From: Octopus sinensis
Lineage: Eukaryota
Direction of reading: 5' to 3'
Length of the DNA stretch: 64,000 bases
Assembly: GCF_006345805.1 (NCBI RefSeq)
Contig: NC_043006.1
Span: forward strand, 104,594,001 to 104,658,000
The notes below the pieces were generated by a model that had not been told where the DNA came from, searched no databases, and worked only from the letters and a program-made list of their open reading frames with translations. The translations under genes were made by a program, and so were the position numbers. Each line of letters starts with the position of its first letter. Within the stretch, counting starts at the first letter, position 1. Shown one piece after another: positions 12,819 to 26,112 of the stretch.

Positions 12819-12977
12819 GACATACACACACACATACACACACATACATGCATACATAATACATACATGCATATATATAGATACACATAAATATATAGAT
12901 ACACATTACATAATATCCTTCAACGTATGTGGTAGAGTTTAACTCCTTTCATAAAAGTGGTAAATTTTGTATCTTCG

Positions 12978-13011
<34 letters not shown>

Positions 13012-13034
13012 CAATACGTAAAGAAAAGTTTCTT

Positions 13035-13063
13035 CCCGGGCAACGCCGGGTGCCTCTATTAGT
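13035..13063 (+). mobile_element. Helitron-type 3' terminus (hairpin plus CTAG-like end)
   Basis: CCCGG-GCAACG-CCGGG hairpin followed about 10 nt later by TTAGT. Confidence 0.5.
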
Positions 13064-13143
13064 ATATATATATGTGTGTGTGTATATATATATTAGTATA
13101 TATATGTGTGTGTGTGTCTGTCTGTCTGTCTGTGTGTGTGTGT

Positions 13144-13595
13144 CATACCAAGTCATATAAGAGAAGAAAAAACTCCCCTGATTTTTAAACGGACGGTTCC
13201 TGGGCGAATATCGCCAAGGAATTCCAGATAAATCATCAACTTCCGGACATATCTTTGTAAATTGTAACTGTCTACTCAAATGGGCTATGGTGCCAAAAGA
13301 ATGGTTCATATGAAACACATTTAAATGTATTTTCCTGATGGTTCTATTTAGCTTAAACCTGGCCTGGCCCTATGCTGGTCGAACCGTATGTAAGCATCTA
13401 ACTATCTAAGGATATATATATATACATACATGAACCATTCTTTTGGCACCATAGCCCATTTGAGTAGCCCGTTATAATTTACAAAGATATGTCCGGAAGT
13501 TGATGATTTATCTGGAATTCCTTGGCGATATTCGCCCAGGAACCGTCTGTTTAAAAATCAGGGGAGTTTTTTCTTCTCTTACATGACTTGGTATG
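13144..13595. repeat. Long inverted repeat (166-bp arms, 120-bp spacer)
   Basis: 13144-13309 is the reverse complement of 13430-13595 with 5 mismatches by manual alignment. The symmetry extends into the flanking TG/TCTG microsatellites. Confidence 0.92.
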
Positions 13596-13653
13596 ACACA
13601 CACACACAGACAGACAGACAAACACACACACACACACACACATACACACACAC

Positions 13654-13715
<62 letters not shown>

Positions 13716-13719
<4 letters not shown>

Positions 13720-14553
13720 CTGAGGTGAATAAGCTATTGTCTAAATTACGCAGCTTTAACCACGGCCTCCAGACGGCTTCTGAATCTCCTCCAACTTTTC
13801 TGGACGGTCTCCTTGTTTAAGTTGGTGAATGTTGCCATAATCCTTGCCTTCAGTTCATCTTTGTTGTTACAAGGAGTTTTGTTGATCTTTCGTTCATCTG
13901 CGCCCCACACGTAATAATCAAGGGGGTTGCAGTCTGGGGAGTTGGGTGGCCAGGTGTTAGGGGTGATGTGGTCGCAGAAATTATCTGACAGCCATGATTG
14001 GGTTCTCCTACTTGTGTGGTATAGCGAAGGGTTCTGTTGCCAGGCATGGGGTCTTCCAACAGCCACTCTATTGACCCAGGGCAGCCCTACCTTCTACAGG
14101 CACTTGATGTACGTCTCTGTGTTAACTCTGAGGCCGTGTGGGAAGATGAATGGAGGCATAACGTAGCCATCACTAGTGATCACACCAAACACCATAATGT
14201 TGACTGGATGTTTGATATTTTATCACTCTTGGTACACATGTCCTCAGATTGCACTGTCCTCAGATTGCACTGACCTCAGATCGACACCCACGCTCTCTGA
14301 GATGTTCGTATTGGAGCTTCCGGCACGAATGCTAAGTAGCATAGCATGTCGTTTCTAAATCATTCTTTATAGTGCCAAAAGAATGATTCATAAATTTGTG
14401 GCTGAGGGAATAGTATCATGATGCTCTTTTTCTCACAGACGGTGCTCAACTGACCCTACTATACTGTGTAGTCGACGACAAAATGCAAAACAAACAATGC
14501 GCATACGCGAAATTTAAAATATAAAATGCCGACAATTTACTCATAGCGCCCTG
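13716..14553 (-). mobile_element. Tc1/mariner DD37D (maT-like) transposon, internally deleted and inactivated
   Basis: Translations: KRHAMLLSIRAGSSNTNISESVGVDLRSV (HTH start); KHPVNIMVFGVITSDG...YIKCL*...WQQN-(37 aa)-D with WPPNSPDCNPLDYYVWG. Degenerate TIRs CAGGCTGAGGTGAATAAG / TTACTCATAGCGCCCTG; TA at the right flank. One stop codon and a D-to-N catalytic change. Confidence 0.85.
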
Positions 14554-14939
14554 TACGTGTACACACACACATATACATGAGCTTGGGCGTATATTTTTCT
14601 TATAATTCTCTCTTTTATTTTTCGTTCATTTTTGATTTATATCTGACTGATGAGCACATGTTTTTTTTTTTTGGTCAAGAAAACGAAATTAAGTTTATTT
14701 CGTTCCATATTTTATAGTCGTCCGTTTTTTCATTTGTTCGTCCATCAACAAATTTACATCTTTGTCACTTTTCACCTCACTTTCTCGCCATCTTTGCCCT
14801 TTAATGTCTCCCTACCTTTCACCCTCACCATGTTTCTCTCTCACTTTCTCTTCATTGCTCTCTTCATCACCCTTTGTCGATATCTGGAATCTTTCTCACT
14901 CATTATCGTCTTAACATTTTCACTCATCATTTTATCTTT

Positions 14940-15348
14940 GAATCTTTTCGGTTTGACCGGCAGTTTTTTAAAATAATTTCCACGTAACTAAACACTTTTC
15001 AACTTCCTATACTGGTAAAATGTGTTTATAAAACATATTTTTCTCTTGGCTTTATTGAGAAAATTCTATAGTTTGTAAGATATTTGTTGTTTTTTCCTTC
15101 AATTTCTGCAATTTCAACCAATCAATGACGTCTATTAAGGTGAAAACATTCTGTGCTGTATGAATATGTCCCTCGTTTAAGAAACAGATTGGTTAGTTTA
15201 CATTTGTGAAGAAAAAGAAACCCTTCCCCCACCCCTAAACCCTAACCCTAAAACATTGAAATGCAATAGATCGATACTAGTGTCATAATTATGGGTGACA
15301 ATTTCATGACACCGATAGAAAAAACTGCCGTTCAAACCGAAAAGATCC
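14940..15348. mobile_element. Non-autonomous TIR element (Merlin-like MITE) with telomere-like core
   Basis: TIR G(G/A)ATCTTTTCGGTTTGAACGGCAGTTTT, perfect 8-bp TSD TTATCTTT (14932-14939 / 15349-15356), internal CCCTAAACCCTAACCCTAAA. Confidence 0.9.
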
Positions 15349-16151
15349 TTATCTTTCTCCCTCACTATATCTTTCCTTGATACGATTTATCCTTCTCTCT
15401 CTCTCTCTCTCTCTCTCCCTCTCTCTTTCTCTCTCGCTCTCTATTTATCCTTCTCCATGCTCACCATCGTGCTACATTTCCCACCATCCTTATGCCTTTT
15501 ACCCTCACTATAGCCTGGTTTCAAACGATCTTGCCACCATTATCCCTCACTCTCCATCTTTCTCTTTTACTATCTCTCTAGCCTTCTCCCTCATTAATTC
15601 TTTAAAATTCTCACAATGTCTCCCTCTTCCTCTCTCGCTATAATTTCCCCCCACATTTTCTATATCTCCTCTCACCCAATCTCCCCATCATTCGCTATTC
15701 CCTCTCACTGTCTCTCCAACTTTCTCCTTCAGGTCTCCCTATCATTCTCTCATATCCTCTCTCCATACCTTTTCCCTGTCTCTCTTTCCTTCATGATACT
15801 TTCTATCAATCTTACTTGTTATCTTTTCCCCTTTATTCATCAATAACTATATTTGTCATTTACATTTTTGTCGGCGATATTTTGCTATTCTTTTCTTTAC
15901 TTAAGTTATCTTTCTTTGCTTTATGTATGTATCTGTTTCAATTTGCACCCCTTGTTTTATATCCCTCTCCATCACCGGCACCGCCAGAACCACCGAAACC
16001 CCTCTCTCATTCTTTCTGTCTGTCTCTATTTATCTCTCCCTCTCTTAATATATATATATATATGCATATATGTGTATGTATGTGCAAGCATATATGTACT
16101 TATATGTGTATGTATATGTATACTTATACACTTTACAATCACATAGAAACT

Positions 16152-16188
<37 letters not shown>

Positions 16189-16379
16189 GCGTATACGTGT
16201 TTGTTTTATATATATATATATATGTATATGTATGTATATATACATACATATATATGCATATATATAGGTGCATATTATATATAGGTATATATATATACAT
16301 ACATGTATATACTGATATATATTTATATATATGTATATGTGTGTGTATATTTGTATATATATATATACATATATTGATA

Positions 16380-16428
<49 letters not shown>

Positions 16429-17814
16429 GTGTTATGTGCATATATTTTATATATATTCATGCGTTTGTATGTATACACATGCATACATACATTATATATA
16501 TATATAAGTATGTGTAAAGATTGTGTAAAGATTTTTTTCCTGTTCATTTTCATTATCTCGTTCTATTAAGCTGAAAATTTATCTGTTCGACGTGTAAACT
16601 TTATTGGCCAATTTAAGAAAAAAGACAAAAAACAACATTAAGTTTAATTATATTTCGCTCTCTATCAAAGGTTAACTTCATTAGAATTTAAAGTTCTTTA
16701 ATTGAAATTTCTAAATTAAAGCTCTAATTGAATGCCAAACAATCGCCTGAGAGGTTTCTTGATATTATAACACCAAATAAGACAGTATAATGACAGAATT
16801 GACAGACTGAGGAACTAAGTAGATTGCTGTTTATAAATATATACTTTAAAATTGTGAGTTCAAATCCCGGAGGCGTAGGTGTCGATTTATTATTTAATCC
16901 GACTGGAGCGATAGTAATCACATACTAAGGGTCAATGTAATTGCATAGCCAATACTGTTTAAGGCACACTGGACAGTTGCACAAAGTCCACGTAGTTTTA
17001 GGGGTTCAAATCTGATCTATATATACTCTGGCTTGCTGCCCATAAATAAATACTACAGGGCCCAGTGCGTTGGTTTGTCCGGGACCCTATAATGTTGCTC
17101 AAAACGGCCCTGCTTATAACACTCCCGAAATATTTGATCTTGTGTTTTTTTTTGTTTTGTTTTTTTACAAAGACTGCAGCGGTCGGTGGAGTGCTTATTG
17201 CAGATTAAATCCTAAGTCATCACTCGTTGATTGTGAAACCGCACGGCTCAATGGTTTGAGCGTCGGGTTCAAAAATATGAAGTAGTGTGTTCGATTTGCA
17301 GACCGGGCTGTGTGTTGTGCAAGATACTTTATTTTACGTTGCTTCTGTTCACTCAGCTGTAGAAATGTGTTGCGACGTCACGTGTGGCGTTTGACTTTCC
17401 TTTGGATAACATTGGTGGCGTGGATACAGGAGGCTGGTATGCATGGGCGACTGCTGGTCTTCCATAAACAACCTTACCCGGATTTGTGCTTCGGAGGGTT
17501 ACTTTCTAGGTGCAATCAGTCATTCACTCGTTGAATAAACCAGGGTTTAAACAAAGCCCCAAAACAGAATATCATGATTAGTTCTCCTTCATTAGGTACT
17601 ACATTGTTCAAAGTATCTTTTCTCAAGTTAAAATAAAAGACTAATATTTGAAAGAGATTTGGATACGACCGCTGGTATGTTGAACGATCGCGAAGGGCAA
17701 ATGTCCCCAACCACCACGCAGTGAAATATTTGTCAGCGGGGCAGCATACAAACAGTAAATTTTAAAATTCAATTTCTATTTTATTGACTTATCACAGTCT
17801 GCAGAGTGTTTTTG

Positions 17815-18680
17815 CATGATATATGCAACCATTGATGCTCTAGCATTTTGCCCTAAGAAGACCTAAATGAAGGTTTGAGATACCCCAAAATTGTCATTCC
17901 ACAAGATCCACCGGTTCTTTTCGGTTTGAACGGCAGTTTTTAACATAATTTCCAGGTAACTAAAAAATTTTAAATTTCGTATACTTGTAGAATGTGTTTA
18001 TAAATCATCTTTTTATCTCGGCTTTATTGAGAAAATTCTATAGTTTGTAAGATATTTGTTGTTTGTTTCCTTCAATTTCTGCAATTTCAACCAATCGGTG
18101 ACGTCTATTGAGTTAAAAAGCATTCTGTGCCGTATGAATGTGCCTCGTTTAAGAAACAGATTGGGCTTATTTGCATTTGTGAAGAAAAAAAGATACCCTT
18201 CACCCACCCCTAACCCTAATCCTAAAACATTGAAATGCAATAGATCGATACTAGGGTCATAATTATGGGTGATAATTTCATGACACCGCTAGAAAAAACT
18301 GCCGTTCAAACCGAAAAGATCCGATCCACCTGAAGCCGAGGAGTTGCTCATGTACTTCGATTCAAATTATGTCAGTGGCTTCTTCCGACTGATACAACAG
18401 CCAGTTGCGATGACCAGTGATGTCTTGATGCCTCTGAGAAAGCGTTATATTCCACCTATGTTTGCTCCTCACCTATGGAATGTGTATGACGCCACCACGA
18501 ACAACAACGCTCATACCAAGGGTGGAATAATAAATTCTTCGACCTCGTTGCTCACTACCATCCTTCATTCTGGCGGGTCATTGAATGATTTCAACGTGAA
18601 GTAGCGACAGTGAGCACCATTATTCAGCAGGATGCCTCAAAGAAGAGTTTGTCGACGCTATGGGCAGCTACAAGAACGCC
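17815..18680 (+). pseudogene. Mutator-like (MULE) transposase fragment interrupted by a MITE
   Basis: IDALAF...(MITE)...EAEELLMYFDSNYVSG...PPMFAPHLWNVYDAT, then frameshift to GWNNKFFDLVAHYHPSFWRVIE. This fits the MULE C-terminal pattern YF..YV.G / FPP..WN / GWNN / HP.IW. TIR-like end GTGACTTTATTACCGGCCA at ~18980-19000. Confidence 0.75.
17913..18322. mobile_element. Merlin-like MITE copy inserted into the MULE fragment
   Basis: Same TIRs; perfect 8-bp TSD GATCCACC (17905-17912 / 18323-18330). Confidence 0.92.
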
Positions 18681-19009
18681 TTCGCAACTTGTGTGTTGCT
18701 TCACGAGCGGATCACAAAACTGACAGAATTCCTTCGTGGTGTCGGCTGGAATATTCGTCTTAATCATCATCATTAAAAACATTGAATATACATGTAATAC
18801 CACGCAGTTTTCAATCTGTATATGTCATGTACTGTCAATAAATGACTGAAATATTTTTGTTTGATTACCTTACTGTGCTTAAGATATAAACAAAATTTGA
18901 TTTTCTTTTTACAGTCATATAATGCAATCATATATAATTACGATGGCATTATGACTTTGTTTTTCTGTGACTTTTTTTTCTGTGACTTTATTACCGGCCA
19001 TCATATCAG

Positions 19010-19405
19010 CATTTCTGACAAAATTTCGTATTTTAGGAGTCATTTCTTGTTAATATTGTATTTAGGTAATTTTAACCAATCAGCGACGTGTATTCACTGC
19101 TATAATCCTCACATGGTTGAAAAATACATTTAGTAGGGATGACCCGGAAGCTGTTGCTCCCCAATTACTCTCGCAAACAGCAGTGAGTTTCTTCCGCTGA
19201 ATACATGTTGATTGGTTAAAATTACGCAAATATGATAACTTTAACACAAGATAGCTTCTAAAATACGAAATTTTGTCAAAAAAGTTTGTAAGTATACCGT
19301 GTCCAACGTGAGAAATTAAACCAGTATACGAAGCTTCAAACTGTTTAGTTTAAAAAAAAACCGTAAGCCAAACTGAAGGGATCTCCTCACATTAGTTAGG
19401 ATTAA
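19010..19405. mobile_element. Diverged foldback element related to the Merlin-like family
   Basis: GACAAAATTTCGTATTTTAGGAG...TAATTTTAACCAATC is inverted at GATTGGTTAAAATTA...CTTCTAAAATACGAAATTTTGTC. Ends GAAGGGATC. Confidence 0.55.
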
Positions 19406-19489
19406 GGGAGTCATTTTCACTGGAGCAGGAGAGGAGAGGAAAAGTGCCCACCAAATACTTCGTTTATCTTTTATCCTTATTCTTTATCT

Positions 19490-19696
19490 TATACTTGTTT
19501 CAATTATTAGACTGCGGTCATGCTGGGGCGGTTCCTTGAAGAACTTTTAGCTGAACGAATCGATCCCAATACTTAATATTAATCCAGTACTTATCCTATC
19601 GGTCACTTTTGCCGAACTGCTAAGTAACGGTGACGTTAACAAAGCATTGCCGGCTGTCAGGCGGCGGCGGGAGACAATCACAGACATGAAGGCGCG

Positions 19697-19734
<38 letters not shown>

Positions 19735-19876
19735 ACACACACACACATTCGACAGACTGCTTTCAGTTTCCGTGAACCAAATCCACTCACAGGAAGGCAC
19801 TTGCCCAAGTTGCCACACAGTAGGACTGAACCCGGATCCATGTAGTTGGGCAGATAACTTCTCCAACACACAGCAA
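19490..19876 (-). mobile_element. SINE family S1 copy
   Basis: Reverse complement of the S1 consensus with a central (CA)n tract. Confidence 0.75.
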
Positions 19877-20234
19877 CTTACTGTATACCTAAAGTAAACT
19901 TTCGATATCATGAAGTTCTGGGTTCGTTCCACTAGGTGAGTGAAATGGTGGACTAGTAGAGCTTCACTCGATTTCACGCAGACACAAACGCCTTTTGAGC
20001 AAATCTCGAGAAACGGAAACTGCAAGCATGCCAACCCTGTCGGTTGGGGATAGGGGAAGGTTCTCACTCTCATTCGACCTTTGTCTACCTTTGTCTTGCT
20101 AAGTCATATTGATTCCGACCGACAATTACCTTAAACTGTACACGTGTCTCGGTAACACTGAACCACTCATACGCTTAATTTCACGAATATGGAGTGAGTG
20201 TATATTCATGCTTGTACGAAAGGCACACATACAC

Positions 20235-20274
<40 letters not shown>

Positions 20275-20423
20275 GCACACACACACACACGCACACACAC
20301 ACACACACACGCGCGCACACACATACACATACACACACACAGAGTCATACATTTATATTCCAGTAGCGGATAAGTTAAAAAATATATATTGCCATTTTAA
20401 CAATGAATACACATACACAAACG

Positions 20424-20469
<46 letters not shown>

Positions 20470-20603
20470 CACATACATACATACGTACACACACATACAT
20501 ACATTCATACATAATGCACACATATGTATATAGAAATGTATGTATGAATGTATATATGAATGTACGTATATGTGTATGTATGTATGTGTATATATATATG
20601 TAT

Positions 20604-20669
<66 letters not shown>

Positions 20670-21189
20670 CGTGTGTGTCTTTGTATATGTATTAGTTTCC
20701 GACGTATCTAGATACGTGTGTATGTCAACGGTAGGTAAAATAAATAAATAAATAAAAGGTACGCTTTGCAATTGCGCCAAAAATATGAATTCGCCGTTGA
20801 ATCTAATGACAACAAAGCATGCACACACTTCCCCCTCCTCCCTCTTCCCCCCTCATCAACATCATTCAACCACTGCTCGACCACATAACACTTCAGTTCT
20901 CTTTGTTTCTCCATATGAACCCCTCCACTGCGCCGCTTGTTTTGTTTTATTTTATATTTCATTTCAGTTTCGTTCTTATTTTTTAACCACTTGTAACGAG
21001 AACAAAGGAATGGCGTTTAATGAAAGGGACCCAGTCAAACGGTCGTGAGATCTTTATTTCCTTACCAGCCCACTTCCCTTGTAATGTTTTCTTTTTGTGC
21101 GCTGAAACTAGCTTTTGTCATCGGACTGCGGCAAGGTTAGTCGAAAAAATCGACTCCAGTACCTTTTTTTTCATATATAAATAGTAGGA

Positions 21190-21396
21190 TATACAATAAT
21201 CCCCCGACTACCGCGCGGCAGATGATAATCCGCGAAGTAGAAACAGTTTTTATTATTATTATTTTTATTATTATTATTTTTGTAATTTGTATATATTTAT
21301 TTTATTATAAATGCAAAACACCACCACGGAGGAATCGACGTTAGCTTAAATAATAAACTGTTATAGCTGAACCGGGATATGGCGAGGGATTACTGT
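21190..21396. mobile_element. Small Tigger/pogo-like MITE (degenerate)
   Basis: Imperfect termini TACAATAATCCCCCGACTACCGCG / GGCGAGGGATTACTGTA. Confidence 0.4.
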
Positions 21397-21440
21397 ATCC
21401 TCTATCGTGGCCGGTAATAAAATCACAGGAAAAAAAAGTC

Positions 21441-22117
21441 GGATCTTTACCTTTTGATCTACAGATTTAAGAAATTATTTTTTGTAACTAAATACTTTCA
21501 AACTTCGGACACTTGTTGAATGTGTGATATAAAACATCTTTTACTCTTAGCATTTTAGAGAAAAAGTTATATTTACGAAGTTATTTCACGTTAAAATTGT
21601 CGTATTTCGGTAATTTCCAGCAAACAATGACATGTATTCAGCTGAATAAAATTACTGCTGTTGTTTGTCAACAACAACTTCCAGCGGTGTATATTTCGTT
21701 TGTCACTGTTATTTATGACAACCCTAACCGTAACCCTAAAACCCTAACCCTAACACCCTAACCCTAAAACCCTAATCCTAACTCTAAAACCCTTACCTTA
21801 AAATCTTAACCCTAACACCCTAACCTTAAAACCTTAAAACCAGTACAAACGCACGAACGATGTCATAAATATCAAACGAAAAATACACCGCCGATAGTTG
21901 TTGTCAAACAACAGTAGTAATTTTATTCAACTGAATACACGTCATTGATTGGTTGAAAGTACCGATATAAGAGAACTTTAACGTAAAATAAGTTCATGAA
22001 TATAAGTTTTTCTCAAAAATGCTAAGAGTAAAAGATGTTTTATATCACACATTCTACCAGTGTCCGAAGTTTGAAAGTGTTTAGTTACAAAAAGTAATTT
22101 TTTTAATCTGTGGAGCA
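21441..22117. mobile_element. Foldback element: ~280-bp inverted arms around a degenerate (TAACCC)n tract
   Basis: Starts GGATCTTT. 21460-21720 is inverted at ~21860-22117. The centre (21722-21838) is TAACCC/TAAAACCC repeats. Confidence 0.85.
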
Positions 22118-23048
22118 TGTTACATAATAACAGGCTAATTAAATATCAGATAATAACAATTCAAAGCGAGTGTTGGTATATTCGTGAATAACTCAGTAAT
22201 CAAAATAAGTGGATCTATTGTTTAGGAATATAATATTTACTTGTTTAAGGGTTGTACTGGATAAATTGCGAAAATAGATCATTCCTAGAGAATATAGAAC
22301 TTAGGAGGAAATACTAATAAGATATGTAAATTTAAATCGTGAAGCATGTTACGGAATAACAGACTAATCAGGTATGAGATAATAACAATTCAAAGTAAAG
22401 GATCTTTTCCTTTTGAACGGCAGTTTTCAACACAATTTCTAGTTAACTAAACACTTTTAAACTTCGTATACTGGTAGAAAATAAAGAGCACATCTAGTGA
22501 TATAGAAAACAGAGAGAGAGAGAGAGAGAGATTTAGAGATTGATATAATAAATGTACAGACATACATATTAATTCATATACATATATGTGCGTGTGTGTG
22601 TGTCTGTGTGTTAATATGTGTTTGGATACAAATGCGTGGATTAGTAGTAAGGGCGTTGAGCTGAGGATCAGAAAGATAGTAGGTCTAATGGCGGTGCCCT
22701 AGCATGGCCACAGCTCGTGAGCTGAAACTAGATAAAATAAAATTAAGAAAAAACTCTTGAACAGGATTACGCTTTGTGTTCTCGAGCTCATCAACAGGAA
22801 ATGAGAACAGTTTTACTGCTCGTACCTCCATCTCTCTCCTTCTGTCTATCATTCATTGTATGTTTCACCGGTTCAAGCGGGAGTCGAGGATCAGTCAGAA
22901 GCGTATATTTGCTCGTGACTTCATAGGTACCGCCACAAAATTTATCAGAACCATAGCGCGTGCCACTTAACAGGTCATAGTCTTTCAGACGTGACGGCTA
23001 TTTTGATGTGTGTGTGCGTGTGCGCGCGTGCGTCCGTTCTTGTGAGTG

Positions 23049-23093
<45 letters not shown>

Positions 23094-23427
23094 GAGAGAG
23101 AAAGAGTATGTGCGCATGTGTGTTATATAGATCGTCGCTGATGTTTCATTCTATCTGCTCACCGCTTTTCTGAGTTCCACATATAATTGCATTAAAGCAC
23201 ATTGAATGGTTTGAGGCATTTTAAATAGTGTGCTGTATATATTGCTATTAATAGGTATTAGTGAAAGGCGGTGATGATAGAATTTATATAAGATATAATT
23301 TCTAGTACCATTAAAGTAAGCCTCATTACAAATGCCAGAAGGAATTTGAAATTTGAACTAAGTAAATACTAATGCCAGTACTAATAAAATAGTGAAATGG
23401 CTTCATCTCAGTTCACTGCTATACTTA

Positions 23428-23930
23428 TTGGAGTACGGGATTCAAACCTCTTCTCCTTATCTCCTCAATGACATACATCATCTCGAAAGAGTCCAGAAAC
23501 TGGCTACCCGCATGGTTCCTGGTCTCAAGCATTTGTCTTATGAATAAAGGCTGAAGACGCTCGACCTTTATTCTCTCGAGAAACGACGACGCCGTGGTGA
23601 TCTCATTCTTGCTCACAACATCATAAGCGGAAAGTGTAACCTCTCGAAAGAGCTGTTCTTCACTCCTGCTCCAGAGCGTGGGCTGCGGGTCACTCCGAAA
23701 AGCTCTATCTACGACGATTTTATCTCAATCGAAGGAGAGGGGCTTTCTCCTTCCGGGTTGCGGATCCAGGACGAGATAGTGAAGATGCCGACGACCGCTC
23801 GGTTCAAAGTCTCTCTTGACCAGTAATGGCCTGAACTCTGTGTATGAACACCCTCCCTGTACATAACTCCATGTCCCCCTACATGGCCTAACGTTTGCTT
23901 TTTGAGCCAAAAAAATTAAATTAAAATTAT
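23428..23930 (+). mobile_element. CR1-clade LINE, 5'-truncated 3' end
   Basis: [65 protein letters not shown] is the typical CR1 ORF2 C-terminus. Followed by 3' UTR and an A-rich tail. Confidence 0.92.
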
Positions 23931-25839
23931 ATAAGTAATATCAAATATATTCATATATATGTTTAATTTCTCGCAGTGTAGCATAACTACTCATTTACAG
24001 AAGTAGTCTATCACTATTTCAAACGGGCGTATAAATTAAATGATAGTGGCTGTGTATGTGTACATGTGTGAGTGAATGTGTGTACATGTGTCTTTGGGTG
24101 TCTGCCATGACCGCTTCACAACGGGTGTTGGTTTGTTTCCACCCCTATGACTTGGTGGTTCTGTAAAAGAAACCGCCAGAATAAGCGCTAGATTTTAAAA
24201 TCCCCTTCAAAGCGGTGCTCCAGCATGGTCGCAGTGCAACGACTGAAACAAATACAAGATAAAAGATAAATTCCTGAACTTCCCAGATTCAAATCCAGAT
24301 GAAGATTGATGACATAAAATATCAAAATCGATATAGAAGGTTCTCTTTAAACGCAATCATTCAAATTCTTACCTTAGTCAATAAAGTTTAGCCGGGAAAT
24401 TATCTAGAAAAATCGATATTCTTTAATGTACTATAACTGAAATTTGACAGAAGCGGTGGATACATTATTGTAAATTCATATCCTGTTCTAGTCTATTTTG
24501 CCGTTTACTCTTTGAAGGATCTTGAAAATAATTGCCAGTCGGGTACTGTTATTGGTTTAAGTGAAACAGTAGAACGAAAGGAAGCTAATGATGATCACTT
24601 TCGTCCAATACTAAGTACAAAAACATTCACGTAGTGGAATAAATTATTTTGCCGTGAGGAAGAGGAGATATTGGTCTGGTAGCCTATATCTTAGATTTTG
24701 GCAAGAAAGAAAAAAAAATGCAAAGAAAAGAAATTATAGAAGAATTAACCAAAACTAGCTATGCCATGCTGCAAATAAAATTACGGTCAACGGATGTAAA
24801 AAAAATGTAAAAGCGAAACTTATCTTCTCACATTGGCTGAAGGCAACTTTTATCACTTCAACGAAGAGGCTGCGCCAATTAACCGAGTGTTTTATGAACT
24901 CGCTGTCGTCGTAAAAGGGAGTTGTTGGGGGATGTACGTAACAGCAACTTTTACGTTCGAATCAGTACGTATTACGAATAAATACGTAAATCAAGACTTC
25001 AATTGTTTCATTCTCTATAAGATATATTTACTGAATTTAAGGAAAATGGAATGAGTATGTATAATGGCCATTTCTTTCTATTGGCATTAGACGAATAAAT
25101 GATATTGCCTCAACCAAAAATCGAACCTGGAACAGAAGATAGATTTTTCGGGTTGCAACCTCATGCACTTTAACGCTATCAGCATACATCATACTCGTTA
25201 TTCTAGGGCAGAATCGTTTGCATGCCGGACAAAATGGTTAGCGGCATTTCGTCCATCTTTACTTTCTGAGTTCAAATTCCACCGAGGCTGGCTTTGCTTT
25301 TTTCCTTTCGGGTGGGGGTGGGGTTGATAAAATAAGTACCAGTTGAACATTGATACTTATTTTAATTAGACGGAATTTTTGTTAAGGCCCCGTCGAATTC
25401 CAATCGATTTAACCCCTCTCTCGAACTTGCTAGCATTGTACCAATATTTGAAACTAATATTGCAGTGGAATCGATGTTACTAATCATTGATTATTATTTC
25501 AAACCTTTTCCAAGCATGAAATTGTATTTCGGGGCATATTTAACGCTATGTGTCTAAGTTCAACTACTGACTAGAAATTACTATGAAATATGCCTAATCC
25601 TCTATTAATAAAGACCCTTCATTATTGAAGTTAGTCAATGGATTCTAAGTAGTATTCATAATGCTGAATTTTATTAATCAGTATCGGAGAAAATGGGAAT
25701 TACAAATTTTAGAGTAGAACTTAAAACGAAAAAAACCGAAGGTTATACACAGGATACAGAGATGTATTAATAATACAGGATCCTTCATCAGTTTCGACGA
25801 TGAACATTCAGCTGTTCGTTCAACTGTAATATCTACTTA

Positions 25840-26112
25840 CTAGCACTATGACCCGGCATGCGAGTACTGTCATTCAATTGGCGTATCAAATTTCGGGAAT
25901 CTTGATTGGGTTTTGGATAGAAAATTCACAAAAAAGTCACTTCTATTGATTTTTTTAATGGCTTTGCGGGGTGACTGGGGGAATGTAAAGGTGTGTACGA
26001 CCACCCTTGGACGGTTTTGAATGACCATAGACAGTGCGAGCCCTCTAACTAAAAAATTGTGGATCTGTATAAAGGACACGCACACAGACATTTTGCCGTT
26101 TATATATAGAGA
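25840..26112 (-). mobile_element. Non-autonomous Helitron-like element
   Basis: Minus strand begins A|TCTCTATATATAAA and ends CCGGGTCATAGTGCTAG|T: TC start, CTAG end, insertion between A and T. Confidence 0.65.

Noticed and set aside
15816-16517. 233-aa ORF
   Set aside because: Composed of a pyrimidine-rich tract plus TA/CA microsatellites.
21722-21838. Telomere or chromosome-fusion site
   Set aside because: The tract is short, degenerate and enclosed by transposon inverted arms, and the same motif occurs within the MITE copies.
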